Source: Acidimicrobiia bacterium
Lineage (GTDB): Bacteria; Actinomycetota; Acidimicrobiia; Spongiisociales; ZC4RG35
DNA: 64,000 bases
Direction: 5' to 3'
Assembly (NCBI GenBank): GCA_965203555.1
Contig: CBDBCY010000004.1
Coordinates: 224,001-288,000, forward strand
In this document: piece by piece, positions 29,255-39,532 of the stretch
Numbering within the stretch: the stretch's first letter is position 1
Layout of the letters: the number at the start of each line of letters is the position of its first letter
The notes under the pieces: generated by a model
What the model saw: the letters and a program-made list of their open reading frames with translations, nothing else
What the model was told of the DNA's origin: nothing
Databases searched by the model: none
Made by a program: the position numbers and the translations under genes

Positions 29255-30001
29255 TCACCGAACCTCAGAACAGATCGCACGGCTTCCGAGGGAACGCCAT
29301 CCAATGGCGAGTCCCCAGCGCCCCTCCACAAATCACGTTCGGCGGAGCGGGTGCTCGCCCTACTGGACACCGTCATCACCAACGGAGCGGTCACCCTTAC
29401 GGACGCGGCTGCCGAAGCCGACATGCCAACCAGCACCGCCCTGCGGCATCTGCGGCTTCTGACCAACCGGGGCTATCTCGTTCGGGACGACCGGGGTTGG
29501 TACTCGGTCGGACCCGCCTTCGTGCGTATCGCGCTGCTCTCTTTCCAATCGGGTCCCTACGCACAACTCATGACAGCGGCCCAGCCCGGCCTCGAGCGGT
29601 TGGTCGAGGTCACCGAAGAGTCTGCATATCTGGCCGTGCGAGATGGAGGCGAGGCGGTCTACATTGCCACGGTCGAGAGCCGGCGGGCCATCCGCCACGT
29701 CGGCTGGGTAGGCAAGTCGGTGCCGCTGCAGGGGACCGCGGTGGGTGAGGCTCTGCTAAGCGAAGCGCCGTCGCCCGGTGCTCGGTGCAAGGCGGTGCTC
29801 AACACCGGCGCCATCGAGCCCGATGTCACCGCCGTGGTGGCGCCCATCCACGGGTCGGCTGGCGTGATGGGGGCATTCTCGGTGCTGGGTCCGGCCGAGC
29901 GGATCGTCGGGGAGCGCTTGGAGATTGCAACGGAAGCGGTGGTGAACGTCGCTATGGCTACGTCGAATTCCCTCTGCAGGGCCGAGGCAGTACGGCCATG
30001 A
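29249..30001 (+). CDS. IclR-family transcriptional regulator (HutR-like); start uncertain
   Basis: SAERVLALL...TLTDAA...PTSTALRHLRLL HTH, then TEESAYLAV and VPLQGTAVGEALL effector-domain motifs. Confidence 0.88.
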   Translation: MKSPNLRTDRTASEGTPSNGESPAPLHKSRSAERVLALLDTVITNGAVTLTDAAAEADMPTSTALRHLRLLTNRGYLVRDDRGWYSVGPAFVRIALLSFQSGPYAQLMTAAQPGLERLVEVTEESAYLAVRDGGEAVYIATVESRRAIRHVGWVGKSVPLQGTAVGEALLSEAPSPGARCKAVLNTGAIEPDVTAVVAPIHGSAGVMGAFSVLGPAERIVGERLEIATEAVVNVAMATSNSLCRAEAVRP

Positions 30002-31524
30002 GCGTGGTACTCGAAGGTCCCGGCGTAACCATCGCCGATGTTGTTGCGGTTGCGCGCCGTGGTGAGCGGGTTCATCTCAGCGATGCAGCCTTAGAGCGGA
30101 TGGCGGTTAGTCGCCGGATCGTCGAACGCCTGGCGGAGGGCGATCCCGTATACGGCGTCTCGACCGGATTCGGCGCCCTGGCTACCACGACGATTCCCCC
30201 CGATCGGCGGGAGACCCTCCAGCGTGCAATGATCCGCTCCCACGCAGCAGGGATGGGATCGGCTGTGGAGACGGAAATGGTTCGGGCCATGATGTTCCTG
30301 CGGGCGCGGACCCTGGCGCTGGGAGCTTCAGGCGCCCGACCGCTGGTCGCAGAGACGCTGGTGCGGATGATCAACGCCGGTGTTGTTCCCGTGGTCCCCG
30401 AGCACGGCTCTCTCGGCGCCAGCGGCGACCTGGCGCCTCTCGCCCATGTTGCCATGGTTCTGATCGGTGAGGGCGAGGTCCTTGCCGACGCAGGGGTATG
30501 CGAAGGCGGGGCGGCGATGGCTCGGGCGGGCGTCGAGCCGGTGGAACTGGTGGAGAAGGAGGGCCTGGCGCTCATCAACGGGACCGACGGCATCCTGGGC
30601 ATGCTCTGTCTGGCGGTCCATGACGCCTCTCATCTTCTCACCGTCGCCGACATCGTGGCGGCTCTCAGCGTCGAGGGTCTCCTCTGCACCGACCGGGCAT
30701 ACGCCGCCGACCTGCAGGCGCTCCGCCCGCATCCGGGCCAGGCGTTGAGCGCCGCCAATCTCCGCCGGATGCTTCGGGGATCGCCGATCGTGGCCAGCCA
30801 CCGAACCGACGATGTTCGAGTGCAGGACGCCTACTCGATACGGTGCACACCCCAGGTTCACGGCGCGGCGCGTGACACCCTGGGGTTCGTGACGAATGTG
30901 GCGAAACGGGAGTTGGCGTCGGCCATCGACAATCCGATGGTGCTTTCCGACGGCCGAATCGAGTCGTGCGGCAACTTTCACGGAGCGCCGGTGGCGATGG
31001 CGGCCGATTACCTGGCGATCGCCATGGCCGAGGTCGGGGCCATCGCCGAGCGTCGTGTGGACCGGTTACTCGACTACAACCGCTCCCAAGGTCTGCCTCC
31101 CTTCCTGGCCGCCGACCCCGGTGTCGACAGCGGCTTGATGATCGCCCAGTACACCGCGGCTGCGATGTGCGCCGAGAACCGCCGTCTGGCCGCTCCCGCA
31201 GTGGTCGATTCGTATCCCACCTCGGCCATGCAGGAGGACCATGTCTCGATGGGATGGAGCGCGGCCCGCAAACTTCGCCGGGTGATCGACAACCTCCGTC
31301 GCATCCTGGCCATCGAGTGGGTCACCGCCGCCCGGGCCGTGGAACTGCGCGCTCCCCTGATGCCGAGTGACGGCACCGCAGCGGCCGTGGACTTGTTACG
31401 GACGCGGGTTCGGGGGCATGGTCCCGACCGGCCCCTGGCGCCCGAGTTGTCGGCGGCCGAGCAACTGCTCGGAGAGGAGTCGCTGGTGAGGGCGGTCGAG
31501 ATGGTGACGGGCCCCCTCGACTGA
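29998..31524 (+). CDS. hutH: Histidine ammonia-lyase
   Basis: VYGVSTGFG, MIO-forming GASGDLAPL, VQDAYSIRC, GNFHG and QEDHVSMG. Confidence 0.97.
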   Translation: MSVVLEGPGVTIADVVAVARRGERVHLSDAALERMAVSRRIVERLAEGDPVYGVSTGFGALATTTIPPDRRETLQRAMIRSHAAGMGSAVETEMVRAMMFLRARTLALGASGARPLVAETLVRMINAGVVPVVPEHGSLGASGDLAPLAHVAMVLIGEGEVLADAGVCEGGAAMARAGVEPVELVEKEGLALINGTDGILGMLCLAVHDASHLLTVADIVAALSVEGLLCTDRAYAADLQALRPHPGQALSAANLRRMLRGSPIVASHRTDDVRVQDAYSIRCTPQVHGAARDTLGFVTNVAKRELASAIDNPMVLSDGRIESCGNFHGAPVAMAADYLAIAMAEVGAIAERRVDRLLDYNRSQGLPPFLAADPGVDSGLMIAQYTAAAMCAENRRLAAPAVVDSYPTSAMQEDHVSMGWSAARKLRRVIDNLRRILAIEWVTAARAVELRAPLMPSDGTAAAVDLLRTRVRGHGPDRPLAPELSAAEQLLGEESLVRAVEMVTGPLD

Positions 31525-31544
31525 GTTCAGTGGTTGACGGCGTT

Positions 31545-32528
31545 CTATACCTCTGCGGCCAGGATGTCCGCCAACCGGTCGGCGCCGATGCTCCCGCCGC
31601 TCAGAATGCAGGCAACGGGACCGTCACGGTCCTCTGCGAGGGCGGCTGCTACAGACATGGCGCCGGACCCTTCGACCACCAGCTTGTTCCCCAATGCCAG
31701 GTGAGCGATGGCGGTGCGAACGTCGGCTTCCGAGACCAGGACCACCCTGTCGACCACGGAACTGACCAGCGGGTACATCTCGTCGACCACCACCGGCACC
31801 ATGGTGCCGTCACAAATGGTCTCACCCGTTTCGACCCATCTCGGTTGACCGGCATCCAGGGCTGCATGCAGGGAAGGACACGCCCTGCTCTGCACTCCGA
31901 TGATCTCCGTGGCCGGTCGGAGTTCCTTGATCACACTGCCTATGCCGGACACCAATCCGCCGCCGCCCACCGGTATGTAGATCGCTCTCACCTCGGGGAG
32001 GTCCTCCAGGATCTCAAGGTCGATCGTTCCCGAGCCCGCCAGCATTGAGGGATCTCCCCAGGGATTGAGGTAGCTGTACGGTTCCTTCTCCCATCCCTTG
32101 TCGAACACGTAGTCCATGAGCGCCGAGAACGGGACCGGCACCGGCGTGACGCCGTAGGCGCGGACCCCGTCTACCTTCACCTGCGGCGCGGTGGCGGGCA
32201 GGAGACTGCGGGCCGGGACCCCCAGCAACTGCGCCGAGTAGCCGAGAGCCTGCGCGGTGTTGCCGGCGCTCTGGGTGGTCACACCCCTTTGAAGGTCGGC
32301 GTCCGACAGCGATCGCGCCCAGTTGAACACGCCGCGCAGCTTGAAGGATCCGACCGGCTGGAGGCACTCCGCCTTGATCCAGATGGAAGGGCCGGGCTCA
32401 GGAGACTTGTACTGCAGGAGGGGTGTGCGCAATGCAACTCCGCTGATGCGCCAGGATGCCTCCCGCACATCTTGGACTGAAGGTGGGGGAATGGGAGGGT
32501 CCCCGGATCCGGTTCTCATAGGGCCCAT
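31545..32528 (-). CDS. PLP-dependent serine/threonine dehydratase family protein
   Basis: KAECLQPVGSFKLRG (PLP lysine), SAGN, PVGGGGL and ILSGG. Confidence 0.88.
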   Translation of the reverse strand: MGPMRTGSGDPPIPPPSVQDVREASWRISGVALRTPLLQYKSPEPGPSIWIKAECLQPVGSFKLRGVFNWARSLSDADLQRGVTTQSAGNTAQALGYSAQLLGVPARSLLPATAPQVKVDGVRAYGVTPVPVPFSALMDYVFDKGWEKEPYSYLNPWGDPSMLAGSGTIDLEILEDLPEVRAIYIPVGGGGLVSGIGSVIKELRPATEIIGVQSRACPSLHAALDAGQPRWVETGETICDGTMVPVVVDEMYPLVSSVVDRVVLVSEADVRTAIAHLALGNKLVVEGSGAMSVAAALAEDRDGPVACILSGGSIGADRLADILAAEV

Positions 32529-32695
32529 GCGCTGAACTCCTTCACTTGTTGCCCGTACCTTCAGAGTAGGTCGGAGCCGAGGGTATGGCAAGAACGGTGA
32601 ACGGTGTGGTGAGGGCCCGCCGGGAGCCGACCCCACGGTAACAAATCAACCTGAGAAGATGGGTCTCCCACTTGCTGTCGGGTTGGACAGGTCCT

Positions 32696-33121
32696 CTATG
32701 ACTCCTGAGGGTTGTTGTAGCTGACCATCCAGTTGATGCCGTACCTATCGGTGCAAGCGCCGAAGTACGAGCCCCAGAACGTGTCCCCCAGGGGCATGGT
32801 GACCGTGCCGCCTTCGGAGATCCGGTTGAACAACTCCTCGGTCTGCTCGCGGCTATCCGCGTTGTAGGAGATGGCGAAATTGTTGCCCTGCTGTACAGGA
32901 GGGCCGAAGGCGCTTGGAACGTCGCTTCCCATCAGGGCGGTACCGCCGATGTCGAGGGACACATGCAGGATGTCGTCCTGCTCGTCCTCGGGAATGTCCA
33001 TCTGCTCGGGCATGTCGCGAAAGGTGGCGAAGGAGCTGAAGTCTCCCCCGAACACCGAGCGGTAGAACTCGAACACCTCCCGACAGTTGCTGTTGAAATG
33101 CAGGTACACGTTGAGTGCCAT
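32696..33121 (-). CDS. VOC family protein (PhnB/YjdN-like)
   Basis: YLHFNSNCREVFEFYRSVFGG...LMGSD...TFWGSYFGACTDRYGINW. Confidence 0.9.
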   Translation of the reverse strand: MALNVYLHFNSNCREVFEFYRSVFGGDFSSFATFRDMPEQMDIPEDEQDDILHVSLDIGGTALMGSDVPSAFGPPVQQGNNFAISYNADSREQTEELFNRISEGGTVTMPLGDTFWGSYFGACTDRYGINWMVSYNNPQES

Positions 33122-33250
33122 CAGATCCTCCTTCTGCAACCCGGCGCTTGTGAAGAATATCAAGTCGAACCATCAGGGCAACGGGTCCTTCCGCCGGGTT
33201 ACCTGCGGGTCGGGGATCCGAACCTAGGATCTATGCGTTTCTGCTGCAAT

Positions 33251-34393
33251 TCAGGCAGCGTCATAGATGAAATACCCTTCGGGCAGTTCTATGATTGTTT
33301 GCCGCTCTCCCGACTGGGTGTCAATGGAAATGATGACCTCGCCTTGGTCAATCACCCGGATGGCAACTATCAGGAGGTGGTCAACAATGCCTAATGGCGT
33401 GAGAAACTCGCCTTCCTCGTTGTCGTACAACCATCGCATGGTGTGGGTGGAAAGGTCGGCCGCATAGACCGCTTTCGTGATTGTGTATGGAGGATTCGTG
33501 GGATCGGGTTCCCGGTAGACGAGTAATACCTGGTCCGTATAACGTCCTGGGGTGTTCGCTACCGCCACCGGGATGTCGGGCAGAACTCCTAGTGACCAAC
33601 GGCCCGACTCGAACGCGGTAAACCGGTCGGTTTGCCCGGTGGCCGCATCATAGAGGACCAGGTGACTATCGTCATCGCTGAGACAGGCAGTGTGGTGTCC
33701 GTGCACCGACACCAACCGTAGGTTCCCGTTCTCTATGCTGTCCGGGCACATCGCCGCCTGACCGATGGCGATGGCCCCGGTGCTGCTCAGCGCCAGATCA
33801 TCCCGCCCGTCACCGGAAAACACAATGAGGTCATTTCCCAGCAACCTGTCCGCGTAATAGGAGCCTTTCAGTTCGAAACCAGCCAGTGTGGTGCCTTCTT
33901 TGGTGATCAGGTTTACCAGCGTGGCGACACCGGTTCGCTTCAACACCCAAATGTTCTCCCCGGATTGATCCTCCACGGCCCCGACCGCACCATCTCCCAC
34001 GTCAGTTCGATCAGTTTCGGATTCGAGGGATCGGGGTAGGCGAATGGTCGCGGGAGCAGCGGAAAAGTCCCCACCCGGCACCACGGACAGGAATTGTTCA
34101 CCGGACGGGTGGACCAGCACATCGCCCGACCTGGTGAACTCCGCCACATCAACCGAGTGGACCGGCAGGCCGCGATGCTCCAGCCGGGATATTCGCATCA
34201 CGCCGTCCGCCAAGTCAACCAATGCAACTCCACCCTGACTGTTCAGAGCCAGCACCTGGAACTCCACCGGTTGGCCTTCCCACTCAAGGTACACGACACG
34301 GGAGTGGAAGAACCCGGTTTCCCACCCAATCAGCATCCCGACCGCGGCGATAGGCAGCAGCATCCACCAACGCCTGCGCCACGCTTTCAACAC
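33251..34393 (-). CDS. Membrane-anchored exported hypothetical protein, YFIYDA family copy 4
   Basis: Collinear and closely similar to 13027-14181 from WRRRWW to ELPEGYFIYDAA. Confidence 0.78.
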   Translation of the reverse strand: MLKAWRRRWWMLLPIAAVGMLIGWETGFFHSRVVYLEWEGQPVEFQVLALNSQGGVALVDLADGVMRISRLEHRGLPVHSVDVAEFTRSGDVLVHPSGEQFLSVVPGGDFSAAPATIRLPRSLESETDRTDVGDGAVGAVEDQSGENIWVLKRTGVATLVNLITKEGTTLAGFELKGSYYADRLLGNDLIVFSGDGRDDLALSSTGAIAIGQAAMCPDSIENGNLRLVSVHGHHTACLSDDDSHLVLYDAATGQTDRFTAFESGRWSLGVLPDIPVAVANTPGRYTDQVLLVYREPDPTNPPYTITKAVYAADLSTHTMRWLYDNEEGEFLTPLGIVDHLLIVAIRVIDQGEVIISIDTQSGERQTIIELPEGYFIYDAA

Positions 34394-34487
34394 TCTCTAG
34401 TGGTATGTCTGCCAAACAATCGGGTAGGCGGCGCCCTGGGGGTAGCCCCTGTTAGAACCGGCTTCCGGTCGTTCTCAGACACCCTGC

Positions 34488-36740
34488 TCATGGGGCATCC
34501 GTGTCGTGGCTGCCAGGAGCGGACGCAGCCTGCCGGGAGGGCCACCAGTTCCACCGGCCCAGCAGGGCGACCAGGGCCGGCACTATCAACGTGCGGGTTA
34601 TGAAGGTGTCGATCAGCACGCCCACCGCAACCGCGAATCCGAGTTGCAGAAGGTCCTGGAGCGGAAGGGTCATCAGCGCGGAGAACGTGCCGGCGAGGAT
34701 GATCCCCGCGGAGGTGATGACCGGACCGGTGCGGGCCAGGGCATGGCGGGTCGCTTCCTTGAGCGGGGACCGTCGCGCCTCTTCGCGGATCCGCGACATC
34801 AGATAGATGTTGTAGTCGACACTCAGCGCGTTCAGGAAGACGAATAGGAAGAACGGCACCGCATACCCGACCCCGGCGTGCCCGAATACCAGGATGAACA
34901 CCGCAACCGACAGGCCCAGGGTTGCAAAGTAGGTGAAGGCGATCGTGGCCATGAGGTACAGGGGCGCGATCAACGAGCGAAGCAGCAGCGCCAACACCAC
35001 GCCGATGGCCAGAAGGATCAGGGGAAGCACCACCAGCGAGTCCCGGTCTCCCGCGGTGCGGGTGTCGTAGGCCTCCGCCGTGTCCCCGCCGATCAGCACG
35101 CTTTCGGGGGACAGACCCTGGGCCGAGCCGGTCCGGCGGGCCAGGGTACGCAGATCGGGCACCACGTCGAGAGCCGCTCGGGAGAACGGGTTCGCCTCCA
35201 GCACGATGTCGATGCGGCCGGCGCCGCCATCGGGGGACACGAACCGCCGGATGAGCGACTCCGGCAGCAACGAGGCCGGGGGTCCCTCCATGCCGAGGGG
35301 TCTGGTGGGACCGGAGGCGTTGGCCACGGCCGGGTGCCCGGCGATCTCCAGCGTGAGGGCGTCCAACTGCCGGAGGGAGGCCGGATCGAGCGCCCCGGCG
35401 CCCGGGGGCAGAGACACGTAGAGTTGAGTGGGGGAGAGTTCTCCTGCCGGAAAGCCGCTTCGCAGCAACTCGAAGCTGCGAACCGACTCGGCATTGTCGG
35501 GCAGGCTTTCAAGCTGGTCGTAGTTGGTCCGGTACGGGATAAGGCCTGCCACCAGAACACCGAGAGCCAGCACCGTGACCGCAAGGGAGACGCCCGGGCG
35601 ACGCAGCACTACCGCGCCCACCCTGCCGTAAACGCTGCGTCGCCAGTCGGTCTGCTTCACGGCTTCGGTGTCCAGGCGAGGTTGCCTTGGCCAGAAGGCG
35701 CCCCTTCCGAAGATGGTCAGCACCGCCGGGATCAGGGTCAGGGCGGCCAGCATCATCAGGGCCACCGCCAGGGCGATCACCGGGCCGAGCGCCTGGTAGG
35801 AACGCAGAGTCGCCAGCCCGAGAGCGATACAGGCGACCAGGATGGTGGCCCCCGCGGAGGCGACCGCTCCGCCCACGCCCCGCATGGTGCGTCTCATGGC
35901 CTCGTGGCGATCGCCGTGCCTGGTCAACTCCTCGCGAAAGCGGGCCGACACGAAGAGCACGTAGTCGGTTCCGGTGCCGAAGAGCACCACAGTCATGATC
36001 CCGGTGGTCTGTCCGGAGATCGGAAGGTCGAAACCGAGGGCGAGCCAGGCGGCTATCCCCCCGGCCAGTTGAAAGACGAGACCCACGCCCAGGAGAGGGA
36101 TCACCGCCATGATCGGGGAGCGATAGATGATGATCAGCAGCACCAGCACCAGAAGGACCGTCACCAGCAACAGCAGGGTGTCGATCTGCAAGAACACCCC
36201 GACCAAGTCCACCACCAAGCCGCCGGGTCCCCCCGAGGCGATCTCGACGCCGGTCAGATCCAGGGACGCCGAGCGGTCGCGGATGGCATCCACCGTGTCG
36301 AAAAATGGCTGTTCAGCCGGCTCACCGGCCACTTCGACGAACACGTACATGGTGGTTCCGTCGGTGGACACCAGGCCGGACCGCGGGCCCGTGGAGAGGT
36401 CGGGGCTCAGCACCCGAGTCACGTTGTCCGGCGCGTCCGGCCCGGAGAGCCAGGCCGCGATCCCGGCCGCCCCCTGGTAGGCGGCAGGCCCCAGACCGGC
36501 CGGTTCGCGAAACACGATCAGAACGGGCGTCCCGGCCGATGGGAAACGCTCCTGTGCGAACTGGTAGGCCCGGGTGGCCTCTGCGTCCCTGGGCAGGAAC
36601 AGAGCCTGCTCGTTCTCGGTGGCCTCGTTGAGGGTCGGAAGTTGTGAGATCAACCATCCTGCGGCGATCATCCACACGACCACGGTCACCCACTTGCCGC
36701 GGGGACTGGAGGCGAAATCGGTCAGGCGGCCGAGCACCAT
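34488..36740 (-). CDS. MMPL / RND-family transporter
   Basis: Two membrane repeats with FGTGTDY and ALSVDYNIYL, plus GPVITSAG and DTFITRTLIVPA. Confidence 0.92.
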   Translation of the reverse strand: MVLGRLTDFASSPRGKWVTVVVWMIAAGWLISQLPTLNEATENEQALFLPRDAEATRAYQFAQERFPSAGTPVLIVFREPAGLGPAAYQGAAGIAAWLSGPDAPDNVTRVLSPDLSTGPRSGLVSTDGTTMYVFVEVAGEPAEQPFFDTVDAIRDRSASLDLTGVEIASGGPGGLVVDLVGVFLQIDTLLLLVTVLLVLVLLIIIYRSPIMAVIPLLGVGLVFQLAGGIAAWLALGFDLPISGQTTGIMTVVLFGTGTDYVLFVSARFREELTRHGDRHEAMRRTMRGVGGAVASAGATILVACIALGLATLRSYQALGPVIALAVALMMLAALTLIPAVLTIFGRGAFWPRQPRLDTEAVKQTDWRRSVYGRVGAVVLRRPGVSLAVTVLALGVLVAGLIPYRTNYDQLESLPDNAESVRSFELLRSGFPAGELSPTQLYVSLPPGAGALDPASLRQLDALTLEIAGHPAVANASGPTRPLGMEGPPASLLPESLIRRFVSPDGGAGRIDIVLEANPFSRAALDVVPDLRTLARRTGSAQGLSPESVLIGGDTAEAYDTRTAGDRDSLVVLPLILLAIGVVLALLLRSLIAPLYLMATIAFTYFATLGLSVAVFILVFGHAGVGYAVPFFLFVFLNALSVDYNIYLMSRIREEARRSPLKEATRHALARTGPVITSAGIILAGTFSALMTLPLQDLLQLGFAVAVGVLIDTFITRTLIVPALVALLGRWNWWPSRQAASAPGSHDTDAP

Positions 36741-37079
36741 GCACTCCGGTCTCGGAGTAGGAGGTCGACGGCTGCCGCCTGCCATCCACAGGGCTCTATC
36801 GATACCAAAGTCGGCCTTGGCAGTGAGGTGACCGGTCCTCTGTCATACAGGGCTGTGCCTACTGTGCCTGACAATGTGGGGTAGTGACGTGTAGGTCCTG
36901 TAGAGGCATCGGATACTCCAAGAGCGTACCGGGATCGTGTTCATATTGCGGAGAGGTTGCGGGCAGAGGCCTCCCGGCGCCGATGGGGTTATTGGATGAT
37001 GCTTGCGAACCGTTGTTGGTGACTGCGCCATAGTCCCTGCGCGGTCAAATGTAAGCGAAGCCAAAAGCCCCGGTTCTCC

Positions 37080-37898
37080 CTACGTTTCTTCTAACCGAGC
37101 TTCAGGCCAGCGTAGGATGGCTCTTTCGATCCATCCGATCAGGTGGAAGAACACAATGCCCGCCAGGGACGACAATGCTATGGCCGCAAACATCAGCCTG
37201 GTGTCGATCCGGTAGCTTGCCTGCACGATGACGAATCCAATGCCCCGATCGGCGCCGGTGAATTCTGCCACTATTGAACCGATCACCGATAGCGTGGCTG
37301 CGACTCGAAGACCGGCGAATACGTAAGGAAGCGAGCTGGGAAGCCGCAGCCTCCAAAATATCGAAGCCCTGCGTGCCGACAGCACGTTCATTAGCTCCAT
37401 TGCCTGGTTGCTTACCGATCGGAGGCCGCGAGTCGTGTTGACCAGGACTGGGAAAAAGCAGATTATGGCTGCGATCACTACTTTGGGAAGGAGTGTGTAT
37501 CCGAACCAGATTGTCAGTAGGGGTGCGATGGCGACAATAGGGACGGTTTGGAGAACTATGGCCCAGGGAAACGCAGCGCGCTCCACCACCCTCACGTGGA
37601 CGAACACCACTGCCGTCACAAACGCTATGCCGCTCCCAATCAGGAAGCCCAGCACGGCCTCGAGCATCGTCCATCCCAGATCGGCTGCGAGCCACCGACC
37701 CTCCGCCAGCAACTCAAGGAAGATCTCGGAAGGACTCGGGACGATGTAGGCCGGTACGTCGGCTACTACTACCACGATCTGCCAGATAGCGAGGGCGAGC
37801 AGGGCCAACAGGGCTGCCGGAAGAATCCCCCTTGCCTTGGTGATCCAGCGTTTGCTGAAATGATCCTCCCCTATCACATTCAACCTAATGCGGCTCAC
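37080..37898 (-). CDS. ABC transporter permease (NitT/TauT type)
   Basis: QTVPIVAIAPL, FFPVLVNT..GL, LRLPSSLP and IVAEF. Confidence 0.92.
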   Translation of the reverse strand: MSRIRLNVIGEDHFSKRWITKARGILPAALLALLALAIWQIVVVVADVPAYIVPSPSEIFLELLAEGRWLAADLGWTMLEAVLGFLIGSGIAFVTAVVFVHVRVVERAAFPWAIVLQTVPIVAIAPLLTIWFGYTLLPKVVIAAIICFFPVLVNTTRGLRSVSNQAMELMNVLSARRASIFWRLRLPSSLPYVFAGLRVAATLSVIGSIVAEFTGADRGIGFVIVQASYRIDTRLMFAAIALSSLAGIVFFHLIGWIERAILRWPEARLEET

Positions 37899-38692
37899 GA
37901 CGGGTGGTCTGTTTCGAGGAGGGATCGCAGTTGGCTGGCCAGCGATCCGAACTCGGGTTCGTACCGCAACTCCAGCGGCCTCGGCCGCGGGAAGGGGACG
38001 GCAGCCACTCGTTCGATCCGTCCTGGCCGAGGACTCAGAACCACGACCCGGTCAGCAAGGAATATCGCCTCCTGGATACTGTGGGTGACGAACAGCACGG
38101 TGGCTTGTGCCTTGTCCCATACGTCGAGGAGTTGGAGATTCAGCCGGTCCCTGGTGAATTCGTCGAGCGCTCCGAACGGCTCGTCCATCAAGAGAGTTGA
38201 GGCCTCGTAGATCAGCGCTCGAGCGATAGCGACCCGCGACTGCATCCCGCCCGACATCTGGGCGGGGTAGTGCTCTTCGAAGCCGGCCAGACCCACATCT
38301 TTCAAAAGTTGGCGCGCCAGTTGCTCGGTCTGTGGACCATGGGTCGGGTTTCGCTTCCCGAGGATCTTGTCCGGAAGGAGCACGTTCGCCAGCGCCCGCA
38401 ACCACGGGAAGAGTACGGGATTCTGGAAGACGACCCCGAATTCGACGTCGCGGCGTGCTTGTTCCGGCGTCCTGCCGTGCACAGAGACGGTCCCGGCCGT
38501 TGGTTCGAGCAGTCCCGAAACAACCCGGAGCAAGGTCGACTTGCCGCATCCCGACGGCCCCACGATCGCTAGGAACTCGCCGGCGGTGATTTCCAAGTTG
38601 ATGTCCTCAAGGGCAACTACATGATTCTCGCCACCAAAGGTGACCCCAACCGAGTCGAGAACTATTCCGGCGCCGACGCTCGGTTGGCTCAT
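37895..38692 (-). CDS. ABC transporter ATP-binding protein (NitT/TauT type)
   Basis: GPSGCGKST, MSGGMQ, LLMDEPF and FVTH. Confidence 0.93.
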   Translation of the reverse strand: MSQPSVGAGIVLDSVGVTFGGENHVVALEDINLEITAGEFLAIVGPSGCGKSTLLRVVSGLLEPTAGTVSVHGRTPEQARRDVEFGVVFQNPVLFPWLRALANVLLPDKILGKRNPTHGPQTEQLARQLLKDVGLAGFEEHYPAQMSGGMQSRVAIARALIYEASTLLMDEPFGALDEFTRDRLNLQLLDVWDKAQATVLFVTHSIQEAIFLADRVVVLSPRPGRIERVAAVPFPRPRPLELRYEPEFGSLASQLRSLLETDHPS

Positions 38693-39477
38693 GGCTTCCT
38701 TTTCTTGGCCTCGTACTTTCGGATTCCTTCCAGAGCGACATCAATGGCGTTGTGCCATCCATTGAAGAGCGCTTGATTGACGCCTTCATAATCTATTTCG
38801 TCCGGTTCTGTGTAGTTGTATGACACTGCACACACCGATGCTGCCTTGAGACCACGGAGGTGGGCTATCGTGAAGATCGCCGCGCTCTCCATCTCGATAT
38901 TCATGATCCGTTGCCGGATGCGGTTCTTTACCCGGTCCTCGGTCTCTGCATAGAACGCATCAGCGGAGGCGTTTATGCCAATGAACAACCCGAAACCACG
39001 TTCTACGCTCAGCTCTTGTCCGGCTTCGATGAGAGCGGCGGTGAGAAAGTGATCCGCCACTGCCGGGAATCCGTCATCGACCAGGGCGGCGGTAGTTCCG
39101 TCCTCTCGCATTGATGCAACATTGATCAGGACGTCGCCTTTACGAATCCCCGGCACAAAGGCCGCGCTACTCCCGACACGGATGAAGTGGGACACGCCCA
39201 CGTTGGCCAGTTCCTCGACCGCTATCGAAGCCGAAGGGCATCCGATTCCGGTCGACGTGCCGCTCACTCTTATGTCGTGATACTTGCCGGTTACGGTGCG
39301 GTACTCGCGGTGGTGGGCAACCTCTGTCGGCTCGTCCAGGTGTTCTGCAATCAGTGTGATGCGGCCGGGATCCCCGGGCAGAAGCACATAGTCGGCCACG
39401 TCCCCGGGTTTGACTCGCAGGTGATACTGCATTTTGCCTACATTCCCGGCCGTGTTGTCAAACAAGTCCATGCTCAT
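38689..39477 (-). CDS. udp: Nucleoside phosphorylase, uridine phosphorylase-like
   Basis: QYHL...VLLPGDPGR, REY, STGIGCPSASIAVEEL, IRVGS and NIEMESAA. Confidence 0.8.
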   Translation of the reverse strand: MSMDLFDNTAGNVGKMQYHLRVKPGDVADYVLLPGDPGRITLIAEHLDEPTEVAHHREYRTVTGKYHDIRVSGTSTGIGCPSASIAVEELANVGVSHFIRVGSSAAFVPGIRKGDVLINVASMREDGTTAALVDDGFPAVADHFLTAALIEAGQELSVERGFGLFIGINASADAFYAETEDRVKNRIRQRIMNIEMESAAIFTIAHLRGLKAASVCAVSYNYTEPDEIDYEGVNQALFNGWHNAIDVALEGIRKYEAKKRKP

Positions 39478-39498
39478 TCCTTTCCTAGAGGACTTACA

Positions 39499-39528
39499 GA
39501 TAGGGGCCCCTCCGGAGGGGCCCCTATC
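39499..39528. terminator. Perfect 30-bp palindromic hairpin after the substrate-binding protein gene
   Basis: gataggggcccctccggaggggcccctatc; likely an mRNA-stabilising or partial-termination hairpin. Confidence 0.65.
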
Positions 39529-39532
39529 GCGA

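Noticed and set aside
29249-30001. IclR rather than GntR-type HutC regulator as a novelty
   Set aside because: IclR-type HutR regulators of hut genes are already known in actinobacteria.
34878-36647. 589 aa + strand ORF and similar long antisense ORFs elsewhere
   Set aside because: Antisense shadows of well-supported genes (here MMPL), expected from high-GC codon bias.
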